64,000 bases of DNA. It comes from Eledone cirrhosa (Eukaryota). Positions 62,600 through 64,000 of this stretch are shown here, one piece after another (within the stretch, counting starts at the first letter, position 1; each line of letters opens with the position of its first letter). The stretch lies in contig OZ024740.1 of the NCBI GenBank assembly GCA_964016885.1, positions 320,788,001-320,852,000 on the forward strand, read 5' to 3'. The notes below the pieces were generated by a model that did not search any database, was not told the origin of the DNA, and saw only the letters and a list, made by a program, of their open reading frames with translations. Position numbers and translations under genes: made by a program.

Positions 62600-63145
62600 T
62601 TTTTCCTGAGAGGGTTGTTGGGGTAGAGTCCTCAAGCATAGCTTTCAGCTGGTCCTGTTAGAAGCAACTATCTCCAATAGATCCAGCTCAATCCCCAGGC
62701 AAGACCAGCTAAGCTTATGGTTGTTATTCAACAATTTTGCTGAGGATCTACCCGTAGTTCCCCTGCTATTCAATTTGCCTGTAAAATCTGTCCAGCAATT
62801 CTTTCCTAAGACATTCTAACCATATGTTTGTAGTATCGGAGCTATTACCTTTCAATTCGGAAAAGTAGCGGCTCTCTGAGCTCCAAGCTACGTACTCTAT
62901 TAAGTAACGTGACTCCAAAGACCCTTTAGAGGAACTCCATTTCAGCCACTTGTATATGTAATCATATTCTTTCAGTCATTATCCAAGATTCATGACCATA
63001 GGTAAAGGTTGGTACAAATACCTAATTGAAGATAGTGAGTTTAACTTTTACATCTACCTTCCTTCTTTTGATGACTGAATGCTAAAGCTGGCACATTACT
63101 GCACCAGCTCCTACAATACTTGCACTTAATTCAGCCTCCTGCCTT
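62600..63145 (-). mobile_element. RTE-type LINE 3' fragment
   Basis: Similar to 55130-55505. Confidence 0.7.
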
Positions 63146-63391
63146 AACTGCCTGCGTCAGTTGTTAGCTGCTGAGACACTGCATCCTTTAAGACACTCAT
63201 GCTTCCAGAAATACGCCAAAACTACACCTGATGTACCCCTTCCATACACATGCACACGTGTGTATCATGACTCATGCACTGTTCATTTTCCTGATGTTTG
63301 TACATTACCCTATGTACTATACATACACTTTTTGATGAGTTGTAGTGCACCTGAGCACTGTACACAATATTTCATTATTATTTATTATTAT
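63146..63391 (+). mobile_element. CR1 3' end
   Basis: Near-identical to 1548-1793, including the stem-loop AGTGC-acctga-GCACT and the (TTA)n tail. Confidence 0.88.
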
Positions 63392-64000
63392 CACTCATGC
63401 ACTCAGCACTGAGACATTTGAACTTCACTTGCTTCAGTGCACTGCGCAGGCTTTCTTGCGAGGACAGGTGTATTGTTTTAGAGAAATAATTTATTCATAT
63501 AAGAAAAACAAATTTTTATTAAGAAACTCCAGAAATTTTTTTCAGAATCTATTGGGAAACACAGCTCTAAGGTTAAGAAATTAACTGGTTTTGCTAGAGT
63601 AGTTAATACCAATAGGCAAATAAAACAAAAAGGAAAAGAATTCTAAAAATGGTGAAATATAGTTATGAAATAGCTATTTATTTATGTTATTACCCTTAAA
63701 GGGTTTGAATTTGGAACCAAAAGGGACTATCATTAAATTTGGAAGTATTCAATTGAATGATTGATGCACTTGGTGAATTTATGTGGGTTTTCTCTTGTTT
63801 TGATCATATATTTTTGTGCATTATATTTATAATGTTCTTAGCAATAATTAATTGTATTTATATTTTTATTCTGTAAGAAGTATTCAATAATGAAAGTAAA
63901 TAAAATTACACTTCTTCAATTAATAGTATGATTTTAATGTAATAATTATATCTATTTTACAGTGTAATTTTATTAATTATTAGGTGTTGAGGTAGAATAA

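Overview
AT-rich, repeat-dense eukaryotic genomic DNA; the repeat repertoire suggests an invertebrate, probably an octopod cephalopod (inference, not verified). Two complete spliced + strand genes can be reconstructed with GT-AG introns and consistent phases: a phytanoyl-CoA dioxygenase (PHYH-like, 7 coding exons, 8434-21992, 313 aa) and a malonate-CoA ligase (ACSF3-like, 7 coding exons, 37662-45730, 609 aa). An isolated RMND5-like first coding exon (35648-35783) lies 1.9 kb upstream of ACSF3 on the same strand. The rest is transposon-derived: CR1-, RTE- and Tx1-type LINE fragments, at least three SINE families, mariner, hAT, piggyBac, pogo and Merlin-like DNA elements, a head-to-tail Helitron-like cluster with a palindromic minisatellite, Penelope-like termini with decayed hammerhead motifs, and microsatellites. 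The best leads are the RMND5/ACSF3 shared-exon or nested arrangement, a PTS2-like peptide behind an in-frame TGA upstream of PHYH, flip/flop Helitron terminal palindromes, and a MITE carrying a stitched copy of a nearby LINE. Family assignments come from motif recognition without database searches, and repeat boundaries are approximate.
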